NCBI GenBank assembly: GCA_963582235.1 | Contig: CAUZRT010000002.1 | Span: 1-36,734, forward strand | DNA length: 36,734 nt | From: Lentisphaeria bacterium | GTDB lineage: Bacteria > Verrucomicrobiota > Lentisphaeria > JABSQK01 > CAJWLW01 | Direction: 5' to 3' | Shown here: positions 8,320-17,175 of the stretch, piece by piece | Layout: each line of letters starts with the position of its first letter | Numbering within the stretch: position 1 is the first letter of the stretch | Translations under genes and position numbers: made by a program | Notes under the pieces: model-generated | Told to the model about the DNA's origin: nothing | Database searches by the model: none | What the model saw: the letters and a program-made list of their open reading frames with translations, nothing else

Positions 8320-8709
8320 ATGTCGGAGCGAGACCCCCATTCGGCAGTTCACAACGCGAAGATCGCCATGGACCGACACATCATTCCATTTCTGGATAGG
8401 TACTCAGACACGCCTACGCTGGTCGCCAACCTTGAAGACCCCGGCTACCAGAAACGCGTATCATCTGATCCGTTGTCCAACGCAGTGATTCTCTTGAGCT
8501 ATCACGCGTTTCGCGGCGAGGCCGACGCCTTCAATGCGGCCACAGATAGGCTGATGGTCTATTGCGGAAGCCGCTCTGGCGAGGGATCCGCATTGGGGTT
8601 CGTCCATCCTGTGGCGTTCGGAGTTTCGCAACATTCTGGCGGGCTATCTCCGGCGCGGAGACCTGGCTGTAAACGCGGTGACACGTTGTCTGGAGGGTGC
8701 GAAATATAA
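8320..8709 (+). CDS. Hypothetical protein (weak call; could be a gene remnant)
   Basis: This is the only sizeable ORF in an AT-richer, gene-poor stretch. I recognise no motif. The track ORF begins at 8080, but its first 80 codons are Arg/Pro-rich and not protein-like. Confidence 0.25.
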   Translation: MSERDPHSAVHNAKIAMDRHIIPFLDRYSDTPTLVANLEDPGYQKRVSSDPLSNAVILLSYHAFRGEADAFNAATDRLMVYCGSRSGEGSALGFVHPVAFGVSQHSGGLSPARRPGCKRGDTLSGGCEI

Positions 8710-8813
8710 AGGTGAATACGACCTGGATTCGATCGGCCGTGACGCTCATTATTTCCCTGCAACCATGATCCGTTATTGACGGCCGTGCGGCATGACCACA
8801 GGATTCTTGGCAC

Positions 8814-9826
8814 TCACTCATTCGGACGCTCGGTTGGCCGCAGCATTGAGGGTGGGACGCTGCGCACCAGGCGGAATCCGCACATATTACCATGTGAATC
8901 GGGCGGTAGCCGGTAGCGGCTGGCAAAGCGGCAGTTGGAATAATCGGCAAGCCAGTTGCCGCCGCGGATGCTCTTGCGGACAGCATCCACGTCAGCGGGC
9001 TCGAGGTAGTCGTAAAAGTCATTCGCACACCACTCCCAGACGTTGCCGCGCATGTCGCAGATTCCCCACGCGTTGGGTCGCCGGCGTCCGACGAGACGCG
9101 TGCCTTTCGGCTGCGTTTGTGCGTAGTCCGCATAGCGCCTCAGATCCTGCCACGAGCCGCTGCAGCAATACGGTGTCCGGGTCCCGGCACGACACGCGTA
9201 TTCCCGCTCTTCTTCGCTCGGCAGACGATAATTTCCGCGTGGCAATTTCTCGAGCCCGCACAAGCGGGCGGCGAACTCTGCGCACATGGCCCACGTAACT
9301 TCTTCGACCGGCCGATTCAGCGTCGTGTCCTGGAACCAGGACGGGTTCTGTTCATGGCCCATGACCGCCATCCATTGTTCCTGCGTGACCTCACACGCGG
9401 CGACGTACAACGGGGCGGTGACGGCGGACGACATGTTCCGGTTTGTCCGCCCCACGTCCGGGTTCGGATGCGGGGCTGCCCATCACATAGGTGCAGTGAG
9501 GGATCAGACGGAATCGCATACCGATGGAGTTTTCGATTTCGACCGGCAGCCGGTAGTTCAGGACGGCACGCCGTTGGGCCGCCTGAGATGCGGCACTCCC
9601 CGCCGCGAGGCCCTCGAGGGGTGCCCAGCAGGGGCCCCGCAACGACCCGTGTGCCAGGCAGAATAAGGGCCCGCGTCGCCGAGGTCCGGGCCGGGGCGCG
9701 GAGCGGGGATGCCACGTCTGTCACCTGACCCGGCATACCGGCCCGGGTCACCGCCAGGTGCGTTGCCAGGCGGCAGGCAACAACCACGAACAGGACGGCA
9801 AACCAGAATGCCAGTCGCAGCTTCAG
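8814..9826 (-). pseudogene. FGE-sulfatase (SUMF1-like) domain protein, frameshifted
   Basis: The domain is split over three frames. The signal-like LKLRLAFWFAVLFVVVAC has no ATG. ENSIGMRFRLIPHCTYVMGSPASEPGRGADKPEH lies in ORF 9391-9642. VTAPLYVAACEVTQEQW...NAWGICDMRGNVWEW...RGGNW...GFRLV lies in ORF 8814-9455. One shift is near 9425. Confidence 0.65.
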
Positions 9827-9964
9827 GCGTTGCCGGCGTTAGTGACGCCGTGGTGCACCGGCTCGACGGACCGAGCCGGTGGCCTGACGCCGGCGAAACC
9901 TGTCTTCGGTGGCGGCCAGTTCATCCGGGAAGAGATTGTTGAAGTCGCCACGAACCATCGGAAG

Positions 9965-10035
9965 GATTGGGAGATTGGGAGATTGGGAGATTGGGAGATT
10001 GGGAGATTGGGAGATTGGGAGATTGGGAGATTGGA
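9965..10035. repeat. Tandem 8-nt repeat (GATTGGGA) x 8 plus a partial copy
   Basis: Read directly from the sequence: perfect copies from 9965 to 10028, then GATTGGA. It starts 20 nt 3' of the LptF/G-family stop codon and lies upstream of the decayed FGE-like gene. Confidence 0.95.
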
Positions 10036-10055
10036 CCGATAGAAGAATGGTGTGT

Positions 10056-11204
10056 TCAGCCCATCTCCATTATTTCCCATATACCCCAACAGGTGAAAGC
10101 GAGAAAGGGCAAGGCACCGGCTACGACCGGCGGTAGCATCTGGCTTTTGCCGAGGACGATCAGGATTTCCGTCATCACCATGTACATGACCATGATTCCG
10201 ATTGCCGTCAGAAAGCTGCGCATGGCGGTCCCGCGCTCATTGGTAACAGCCAGCGGCAACCCCAGCAGAACGGCGACGAGGCAGGACAGCGGAAAGAAAA
10301 TGCGATTAAATAAATAGGTCTTCAATATTGCCTCCGTGCTAGGCGAGACGTTAATGGATTGCGATCGAAGTATGCGCAGAATCTTTGGAATTGCCATACT
10401 TTGGTTCAGCTTCAGATTGTAGATAAACGAGATGTCTCTTGGATCCTCCGTCAGATCGGGACAGGTCAAATGCTCGAAACGTTCCGGCGGACGAAGCGTC
10501 TGATCGCCGAGCCGAGTGAACTCTTGTTTGACACCTTTGATGAAGATCCAGTTGTCGGTGATATAGTCGCCCCCCTCGGCACGCAATTCCCACTCCTCGG
10601 TGCCGTCGAGTCGAAACTGGGTAATGAAGATGCCGGTGCTGATACCGTTTTGATCAAAGTCTTCAAAGAGCCAGTCGCGCAGCTCCTCGGAATTGTGATA
10701 TGCCAAATAGGCCGAGGTCGTGTTGCCATGGATGCGCTGTGGATCCGTTGTCAAGGTCTTCAAAGCCTGGGCGCGTTGGATTGCCGCGGGCGCCCACCAC
10801 TCGGCGGTCACGAAATGCAGTGCGGAGCAGATCAGGGCGACGATCCAGATGGGCGTTGCGAGTTGGGCAACCGATATGCCATTGGCGCGAACGGCGGTGA
10901 TTTCGTTGTGCCGGCACAGATTGGCGACGCAATACATGGTCGCCAACAGCAGTGACATCGGCAGGCCGTTGACGAAGTGGGTGGGCTGCAGGAGCATAAA
11001 GTACCGGGCAATAACGCTCACGGGAGCCCGGACTTTGAGAAAGTCTTCGAGATCGTCATACACCGCCGCCAGCAGGAAAAGCATGAGGAAAGCGACGAGA
11101 CAGTTGACGAGAATGACGAGGAAGTTCGTAAGGACGTAACGGAACAGCCGGGGCAGCAGTATGCGGCCGGCTCGGTCGGGCTGTCGTATAGCTGACGCGG
11201 TCAT
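10056..11204 (-). CDS. LptF/LptG-family (YjgP/YjgQ) permease
   Basis: The N-terminus ILLPRLFRYVLTNFLVILVNCLVAFLMLFLL..VYDDLEDFL, the size (382 aa) and the layout of 3 TM, a periplasmic domain, then 3 TM are characteristic. Confidence 0.8.
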   Translation of the reverse strand: MTASAIRQPDRAGRILLPRLFRYVLTNFLVILVNCLVAFLMLFLLAAVYDDLEDFLKVRAPVSVIARYFMLLQPTHFVNGLPMSLLLATMYCVANLCRHNEITAVRANGISVAQLATPIWIVALICSALHFVTAEWWAPAAIQRAQALKTLTTDPQRIHGNTTSAYLAYHNSEELRDWLFEDFDQNGISTGIFITQFRLDGTEEWELRAEGGDYITDNWIFIKGVKQEFTRLGDQTLRPPERFEHLTCPDLTEDPRDISFIYNLKLNQSMAIPKILRILRSQSINVSPSTEAILKTYLFNRIFFPLSCLVAVLLGLPLAVTNERGTAMRSFLTAIGIMVMYMVMTEILIVLGKSQMLPPVVAGALPFLAFTCWGIWEIMEMG

Positions 11205-11216
11205 GCCGCCGGGGGG

Positions 11217-11936
11217 TTAGTCACGAACACTGATTCGCACGATTCGGCATCCGGACAGTGCGTCCTGAATCGCGCGTTTACTCGGCAGTACGAAAGTGAA
11301 GATGACCGTTGACCAAAAGAACAACAGATAAAAGAGAGTGAAACAAAAGGCGCGGCCCATGAGTACCGGTTCCCCCTCTTTGCGGACAATCATGAGGCCC
11401 CAGAAATACTGGCCGAGGGTCTGTGCGGTGAACCCTAGAAGGACGGCGTAGTAAAAAAAGATCGTCACCAGATAGACAGCGGTAAACAGACGGAATACGT
11501 CGTCCTTGTTTGTGCCGCCGTTGATGAGGGTACAGGCGATGGCCCAGAGGATCCCACCGGCGACCATCAGGACAAGCGTATCGAGCACCCAGGCACCGAA
11601 GCGCAAACCCGAGGTCCCCGGGGAATACTCGAATCTGCCGGACTGATGCAGCCCTTGAGAGGCTTGCGTTGGTTTCTGCTTGTCCTTGGGGTGGACGAGG
11701 ACCGAGAGCTTGTCGGATAGTTTGTCCGCCTCGCTCATGTGATACCGTTTCTCGAGCGCTTCGTCGAGGGACCGCAGATCGGTCACCGGTTTCCAGGCCT
11801 TCATGAGTGAATTTCGGATCTGGCTGCCCGGTGGGATGCGGCCCGTTTCGGCCCATTGAACCAACAAATCCTCCTCCGCGGGACCATACTCTTTTCCGTC
11901 CGGCGTAAGCACCAGATATTTCATTGTACTGGCCAT
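11217..11936 (-). CDS. GYF_2 (DUF4339) domain + RDD-family membrane protein
   Basis: The N-terminal KYLVLTPDGKEYGPAEEDLLVQWAETGRIPPGSQIRNSLMKAWKPV is GYF_2-like. The C-terminal half has an RDD-type arrangement of three hydrophobic segments. Confidence 0.7.
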   Translation of the reverse strand: MASTMKYLVLTPDGKEYGPAEEDLLVQWAETGRIPPGSQIRNSLMKAWKPVTDLRSLDEALEKRYHMSEADKLSDKLSVLVHPKDKQKPTQASQGLHQSGRFEYSPGTSGLRFGAWVLDTLVLMVAGGILWAIACTLINGGTNKDDVFRLFTAVYLVTIFFYYAVLLGFTAQTLGQYFWGLMIVRKEGEPVLMGRAFCFTLFYLLFFWSTVIFTFVLPSKRAIQDALSGCRIVRISVRD

Positions 11937-12050
11937 TTTTGGGAGCGCTCCTGCGGCGGCTAGAAATTTTTGAACAGCACTATTGAATCATCACAAACGG
12001 GAATTAACATACACCGAGACTCGAAATAATTCGCCTCCCCGCACTTCGAT

Positions 12051-12102
12051 TTTACCTTCCCAATCCGAGGAAACGCCCTTTACCTTTTCAACCCGAGGAA
12101 AC
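12051..12102 (+). repeat. Two imperfect 24-nt direct repeats (12051-12074, 12079-12102), each containing CCGAGGAAAC
   Basis: TTTACCTTCCCAATCCGAGGAAAC versus TTTACCTTTTCAACCCGAGGAAAC, 21 of 24 identical. The second copy supplies the SD-like GAGGAAA just upstream of the ATG at 12107. Confidence 0.8.
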
Positions 12103-12106
12103 ATCC

Positions 12107-12487
12107 ATGGTATTTTCCCCCGAGGACTTCAAATACTCCCATCACCACCTCTGGGTAAAACCGGACGGCCGTGTCGCCGTTGTTGGGATTACCGAGGACC
12201 TTCATGATCAGCTCAAGGACGTGCAGAGCGTTGATCTTCCGATGGAGGCGGACGAGTTGGAACCGGACACCGAATGTATGACCTTCCATTTAAAAACCGG
12301 GCTCTACGATATCATGTCGCCGCTGACCGGCCGAATCGTTTCGACCAACAAGCGGCTCATCCTGAACCCCTCCAAAATGTTGATTGCCCCGTACACGGAT
12401 GGATGGCTCTTCAAGATGGAATACGATGAGCCGGAGGAACTGGAGTTGTTGATGAGTTCCGAAGAGTATTCCGCAATGACGGCATGA
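12107..12487 (+). CDS. Glycine-cleavage H-protein family protein (GcvH-like, divergent lipoyl motif)
   Basis: It aligns by eye with GcvH: FKYSHHHLWV...VVGITE..........VDLP.......C.....LKT..DI.SPL.G.IV..N........P...PY.DGWLFK. The Lys aligns with the lipoyl lysine, but the context is HLKT rather than ESVKA. Confidence 0.75.
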   Translation: MVFSPEDFKYSHHHLWVKPDGRVAVVGITEDLHDQLKDVQSVDLPMEADELEPDTECMTFHLKTGLYDIMSPLTGRIVSTNKRLILNPSKMLIAPYTDGWLFKMEYDEPEELELLMSSEEYSAMTA

Positions 12488-13215
12488 ACTTCGCAATGCT
12501 TCTCCGGGTAATTCGCAGCCTAGACGGGATCCTCTATGCTACGCTGGCAACGGTCTTCGTACTTGTTTATCCGTCGATCGGTCGCAACGAATTGCTCTAT
12601 GTTGACGTCGCTTGTGTGTTGCCGATGGCCGCTCTTGCCTGGGTTTGTTTCCGCCTTCCCAGCCGTTGCCAAGGAATCGCTCGCTGGGAATTCACAGTTT
12701 TCAGACTCCGCTGTCTGACGGTCGCCATGATTGGTTTCGCACCCGGCGCCATTTTTGGTCTGCGGGCGCCGGACAATATGTACCTGTTCCTGAATTCGAT
12801 CTTCGCCTCCCTGGCCGGGGTCGGGCTTCTTTTCAATGTCGTCCTTTTGGCCACCTGTCTGGCAGTGTCATACCGTGATTTCGGCAGTGAACGCCTGGGC
12901 CGCGTCACGCAGTTCATCATCTTTTATCTCCTGCTAGTACCCTTGCTTGGCGCCGTGATCTCGCTCATCACGTTCACCTTCATGACCAGCTACGCGGAGG
13001 CCATCGAGGGATTTCGTCGTCTCTGGCTGCGTAAACCGTGGATCCTGCTGGTTGTTCATGCCCACGTCATCATTGCCATCGTTTTCTTCGGCGTCGTCGT
13101 TCTTCGGGTGCGTGGCTTGCTGGTGCGGAAATTCGCCGCTGCGGTCGGAGATGGGAAATTTCCGTACACGGGGAGTTGGAATGCGGAAGCGGCAATGAAC
13201 GAAGATGACAAATGA
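12484..13215 (+). CDS. Hypothetical polytopic membrane protein
   Basis: About six hydrophobic segments. The ATG overlaps the GcvH-like stop (ATGA at 12484-12487), which implies translational coupling. No motif recognised. Confidence 0.6.
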   Translation: MNFAMLLRVIRSLDGILYATLATVFVLVYPSIGRNELLYVDVACVLPMAALAWVCFRLPSRCQGIARWEFTVFRLRCLTVAMIGFAPGAIFGLRAPDNMYLFLNSIFASLAGVGLLFNVVLLATCLAVSYRDFGSERLGRVTQFIIFYLLLVPLLGAVISLITFTFMTSYAEAIEGFRRLWLRKPWILLVVHAHVIIAIVFFGVVVLRVRGLLVRKFAAAVGDGKFPYTGSWNAEAAMNEDDK

Positions 13216-13274
13216 GTCGTAGATGCGACGTCCCGACAACGGCGCAGACGCTCACCCTCCAGCGGTCGCCCCGG

Positions 13275-13319
13275 GCGGCCATTTTCATTTCACTTATTTC
13301 ACAACCGCACAATGGCCGC
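13275..13319. terminator. Hairpin between convergent genes (9-bp stem GCGGCCATT/AATGGCCGC, 27-nt loop)
   Basis: The inverted repeat was read directly. It lies between the convergent 12484-13215 (+) and 13364-14101 (-) genes. The large loop and missing U-tract make a terminator function uncertain. Confidence 0.3.
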
Positions 13320-13363
13320 TGCCACGCCCGGGAAGCTCGCCATTTCGATTCCAGTAGACCCGC

Positions 13364-14101
13364 TCACCGTTCCCGCAGATTGTCCCGATACTGATTGTGC
13401 GCCAGGCGGCTGAGAAGCCCCGGCACCAAGGACAAAAGGTATAACAGCCGGCTCGCACTGTCGGGCAGAACGCGACGTTTGCGATTCATGATCCCTCGAA
13501 TCACGACCGGTGCAATGCGTTCCGGATCCGCACCCCGGCCTCTATCGAAGCCGGCATAGAAGCGCAGGTGGTCCGTTCGCATGGGCCCCGGATAGACGCG
13601 CGTGACGGTTATTCCGCAGCCATGCAGATAGGCATCGAGGGCTGCAGCGAACCCATCCAGTGCGGACTTGCTGGCGGCGTAGGCGAGGGCAATCGGAAAG
13701 GGAAAAAAGACGGTCGCCGAACAGATAAAGGCGATGCGCCCATCCGCCGTCAGCCGGTTGGTCCGCAACAGTTGCTTGACCAACTGAATGTGGCCGAGCG
13801 TATTGACAGCGAATACCCGCTCTTCATCGGCAAACGGAATCTCGCGGAAATCGCCGCTGATACTGATTCCCGCGTTGCAGATCACAATATCATAGACATC
13901 CGTTGCCGACGCGAGATCGGAAGCGGCAGGATCGGCGACATCCAATGGGACGTACGCGATGTTATCACGCTCACCGGCGAGACACCGTCCGTTTTCATGG
14001 TCGATATCGGCGACCGTGACCCGGCAGTCGTCGGCGGCGAGATGCCGCGTCAGCGCCCGTCCGAGGCCGGCTGCCCCGCCGGTGATAAGCACATTTCGCA
14101 T
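13364..14101 (-). CDS. SDR-family oxidoreductase
   Basis: TGGAAGLG Rossmann motif, NAG, and catalytic YAASK. Confidence 0.85.
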   Translation of the reverse strand: MRNVLITGGAAGLGRALTRHLAADDCRVTVADIDHENGRCLAGERDNIAYVPLDVADPAASDLASATDVYDIVICNAGISISGDFREIPFADEERVFAVNTLGHIQLVKQLLRTNRLTADGRIAFICSATVFFPFPIALAYAASKSALDGFAAALDAYLHGCGITVTRVYPGPMRTDHLRFYAGFDRGRGADPERIAPVVIRGIMNRKRRVLPDSASRLLYLLSLVPGLLSRLAHNQYRDNLRER

Positions 14102-14302
14102 TCGTGTGGCTCCTGAGGAACTTGGATCTAGATTTCAGGTGTTCGGGGACCGGTAGATTGCAGTCATAGCCCTGGAGGGCAAGCGTCCGGCTACCAACAA
14201 AAGTTTCGATTTGTAATAATCCGTCTTCCGTCGGCTGACGGAGACGGATCGTAGCGGGAGGCGGCGGGCGCTCCTGAGGAACGATCCAGCGAAGGCGGAA
14301 AG

Positions 14303-14423
14303 CGTACAGGGTTCAGTGACTTTCTGGCGCAGCCAGTTTTGGCAGTCAGAAACATATCGTCCTCGTCCTCGTCCTCGTCCTCGACTGCAAATCGATAACG
14401 AGGACGAAGGACGAGAAAGTTTC
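14303..14423 (+). repeat. Composite intergenic element, copy 2 (module 14303-14353; (TCGTCC)4 / GGACGA hairpin 14357-14415; GAAAC 14349-14353 / GTTTC 14419-14423)
   Basis: TTCAGTGACTTTCTGGCGCAGCCAGTTTTGGCA (14312-14344) matches the reverse complement of the 35-kb copy at 27 of 33 positions. The stem 14368-14383 pairs with 14399-14415 with one bulge. Confidence 0.8.
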
Positions 14424-14459
14424 AAATCCGGCCTTCCCGCTCACGTTCCAGGATGTCCC

Positions 14460-15221
14460 TCAGTCGCCCGTAGTGCTTCCGGTTTCGGACCGGCGGCGGC
14501 GCCACCGTTGCAGCGCTACAATGGCGTCCTCAAAAACCATGGCGACCTTGCGTACCAGCGCCCAGTCGGCAGCCAGGGTAGTGATTCCAGTTCGCGTCAG
14601 CATTGCTTCGTAGAGGCGGTTGCCGATCAATTCCTGCGGCTTGAACATGGATTTCTTTTCAATCTTTAGGTCGGCCTTGTCGTGAAACGGTGTGTCGACG
14701 GGGCCGATCTCGACACAGAGCAATGGAAGATCGGGGTATTCCAGTGAAACGGCGTTATAGAATTGGCTGAGGCCGGCCTTGGAGACGGCGTAGCTGGCAT
14801 ACTCCCGGCCCGGCATACGTGCGACGATCGAACTGACGAAGACGATCTTCGTTCCGTGTGCCTGAATGGCGGGCATCATCCCATGGACGATGCGCATATT
14901 TGTCAGCAGGTTCGTCTCCATGATATCGTCCATAGTCTGTTCCGCGAGCCTGTGAAAGCGGCCCACCTTCGCACATCCGGCATTCAGCAGAATGATGTCG
15001 AATGCCGTTCCTTTGGCGCCATCGACGAAGTTTCGGACGGCGGCACGATCGGCCAGATCGGCGACGTGCACCTGCAGCCGGTCGCTGTGCCGGTGAAGCA
15101 GTTCCGTCCGTTGCTGAGCATTGCGAACGACCGCTGAAACCGTATGGCCGTCCTCGAGAGATCGTCGCAATACGACTCGGCCGATGCCCGACGTGACGCC
15201 TGTCAAGAGCAATGATAGCAT
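14460..15221 (-). CDS. SDR-family oxidoreductase
   Basis: TGVTSGIGR Rossmann motif, NAG, and catalytic YAVSK. Confidence 0.85.
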   Translation of the reverse strand: MLSLLLTGVTSGIGRVVLRRSLEDGHTVSAVVRNAQQRTELLHRHSDRLQVHVADLADRAAVRNFVDGAKGTAFDIILLNAGCAKVGRFHRLAEQTMDDIMETNLLTNMRIVHGMMPAIQAHGTKIVFVSSIVARMPGREYASYAVSKAGLSQFYNAVSLEYPDLPLLCVEIGPVDTPFHDKADLKIEKKSMFKPQELIGNRLYEAMLTRTGITTLAADWALVRKVAMVFEDAIVALQRWRRRRSETGSTTGD

Positions 15222-15527
15222 GCCGGTAAGATGAACCCCGGCGACCGAAATAGCGAGCGGGAGGTCATTGATTCATATGGCCTGTGCGTTGTATTACGTG
15301 GGCGATAGGTTAAATTTATATTGCAGCAAGGCAGTGGTTCCGGGATGTTCCGGCGCTCCGCCTGGCGGCCCCATGCCTGCGACCAACGCTCTGAATTGAC
15401 GCCGCGGCCCAAGTCACTGTTGCCTTTTCTTTTTGGAACCCCCTGATTTTCAGCAAGTCATAGTATGATCAGGCGCTGACTTAAGGCACGTCCACGTTGA
15501 CAAAGCCACTTTCGATTCACAAACCCG

Positions 15528-17138
15528 ATGGCCCTCTTTCGAAACAATCGCTGTGTTGTTTTTACCTGGGACCCGGAGAGCCGGTTCTGCGGTGTCCGCT
15601 GTGATCGCGCCGGCGACACGACGCGAATCCGGGCATTCTGGCAGGCACAGCGCAAGAGCGGACAGTCCAACGCTCAGCTGCTACAGATGGGGCGTGCCGC
15701 TCTCGATGTCGACCCCGACACGACCGTCATTGTCGGCGGCATTTCCCAAAAAGCCTGCTTCATCGATGTGACCATGCCGAAAATTGCGCCCGAAGACCTG
15801 CGGCTGGCACTTCAGTTCGAATTGACCAAGTTTTCGCCGATCCAGGCCGATGAATTGACGTGGGGCTACCGCATCATCGGCAAGGCGCCGGAAGGCGATC
15901 TGAACCTGGTGCGCCTGGTGTATTTCCGGGAGGAGGACTGGAATGATTGGCTGGACGCATCGAGCGGTCTGGGGTCCGGCGTGGACATGATCATTCCGGC
16001 TACCGCCGCACTCGATCCGGTTTTGGCGGACACCGATGTCGGCCTCAGTGAAGGTATTAATGGGGACGTCTTTGTCTTCCGCCATCAGAATGGCGGCCGG
16101 CGCATGATCAGCTACACGTCGGAGATACCGGAGAACGGACAGATTTTTGGTCTGGGGAAGGAGCCGCTGACGGCGGGCGGTCTGCAGATCGGCGGTCTGG
16201 CCGAGCTGTCATCGGAAGAGCAGAGATCGTTCGCGGCTGCCTTGATTCTTGGACGCTACGGTCTGAGTGAACAATTCGCTCACGATCAGAAGAACTGGCT
16301 GCCGGTACCGCTGGAAATTCGTCCGCGGCGAAACCGTTTCTCCAAAATCTTTACCTTGGTCGCTGCCGTCTATGTGATTTTTGTTCTCGGTATGATCGGC
16401 AGTTCATGGGGCTACGACAATTACCAGAAGTATGCCGCCGTCGCAGCGGAGCGAAAACAGTTACAGGCGAAGCTCGAAATCCTGATGGTCCCGGAGACGA
16501 CCGAGGATCTGGCGGACCAGCTCGAGGCGGAAATAAAGGAGCATCGGACCCCACGTCTACCACTGATGGAAGTCCTCGCGGACTTGACATCGAATGCCAG
16601 TGATCGAATGTGGGCTACCGCGTTGAAATGGGACGCCACCGATGGAGATCTGCGCGTCGAGTTCGAAGCCGAGGCCGATGAACCGGAATTTATCGAGGCG
16701 GTACGGGAAAGCTCGATATTCGAGGAGGCGAGCTATGAGCAGAAAGCTATCCGTGGCACTGATGCCATGGGTTATTTCTTGAAAGGCCGGGTCAAGTATC
16801 GTCACGCGTATCGGGCCGAAACAGCGATGCCTGCACAGCCGCCGCCAATCGCGCCGGCACGAATGAACGACTTCGCGGCCCCGCCGCCACCACCACCGCC
16901 GCCGGCCGGCGCGATTGGCCCGGGGCCGCGAAGTCGTAATGATCAACTATCGCGCAGGATCTTACAACGACGCGCAGCGGCGGCGGCCGCCGAAGCCGCT
17001 GATGAAGAGGCACAAGCGAATGGCGAAGGGGAAGCCGAGGAGACGGACGGTGGACAGAGCGATGCGGACGACGCAACGCAGGAGCTAGAGTCGACGGAGG
17101 AGGCCCCGGCGGCCGACAGCGAAGAAATGGACGAGTAA
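15528..17138 (+). CDS. GspL-like / fused PilM-PilN-like bitopic assembly protein with Pro-rich and acidic tail
   Basis: The N-terminal cytoplasmic region carries LRLALQFELTKFSPIQADELTWGYRI, typical of PilM/GspL. There is a single TM segment (IFTLVAAVYVIFVLGMIGSSW) and a coiled periplasmic part. The tail contains PPPPPPPP and is D/E-rich. It lies next to a secretin and a GspE-type ATPase. Confidence 0.55.
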   Translation: MALFRNNRCVVFTWDPESRFCGVRCDRAGDTTRIRAFWQAQRKSGQSNAQLLQMGRAALDVDPDTTVIVGGISQKACFIDVTMPKIAPEDLRLALQFELTKFSPIQADELTWGYRIIGKAPEGDLNLVRLVYFREEDWNDWLDASSGLGSGVDMIIPATAALDPVLADTDVGLSEGINGDVFVFRHQNGGRRMISYTSEIPENGQIFGLGKEPLTAGGLQIGGLAELSSEEQRSFAAALILGRYGLSEQFAHDQKNWLPVPLEIRPRRNRFSKIFTLVAAVYVIFVLGMIGSSWGYDNYQKYAAVAAERKQLQAKLEILMVPETTEDLADQLEAEIKEHRTPRLPLMEVLADLTSNASDRMWATALKWDATDGDLRVEFEAEADEPEFIEAVRESSIFEEASYEQKAIRGTDAMGYFLKGRVKYRHAYRAETAMPAQPPPIAPARMNDFAAPPPPPPPPAGAIGPGPRSRNDQLSRRILQRRAAAAAAEAADEEAQANGEGEAEETDGGQSDADDATQELESTEEAPAADSEEMDE

Positions 17139-17175
17139 GCGCATTTACGGTCCTTAGCATCAGGAAAGGCAAGCA

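Noticed and set aside
8814-9455. Diversity-generating retroelement targeting the FGE-fold C-termini (also at 28900-29073)
   Set aside because: The FGE/C-type-lectin fold is a known DGR target scaffold. However, there is no reverse transcriptase ORF in the window. I could also find no template repeat matching either C-terminal region at the nucleotide level.
9965-10035. CRISPR array (also considered for the TCGTCC repeats at 14357-14380)
   Set aside because: The units are only 6-8 nt, strictly tandem and without spacers. No cas genes are nearby.
9967-10317. ORFs translating WEIGRLGD repeats
   Set aside because: This is an artefact of reading through the 8-nt tandem repeat (24-nt periodicity). 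The remainder overlaps the LptF/G-family gene in antisense.
15497-15525. Perfect TTGACA as a -35 box upstream of the GspL/PilM-like gene
   Set aside because: The sequence 17 nt downstream is CAAACC, which is not -10-like. It is only 2 nt from the ATG, so this is probably a chance hexamer.
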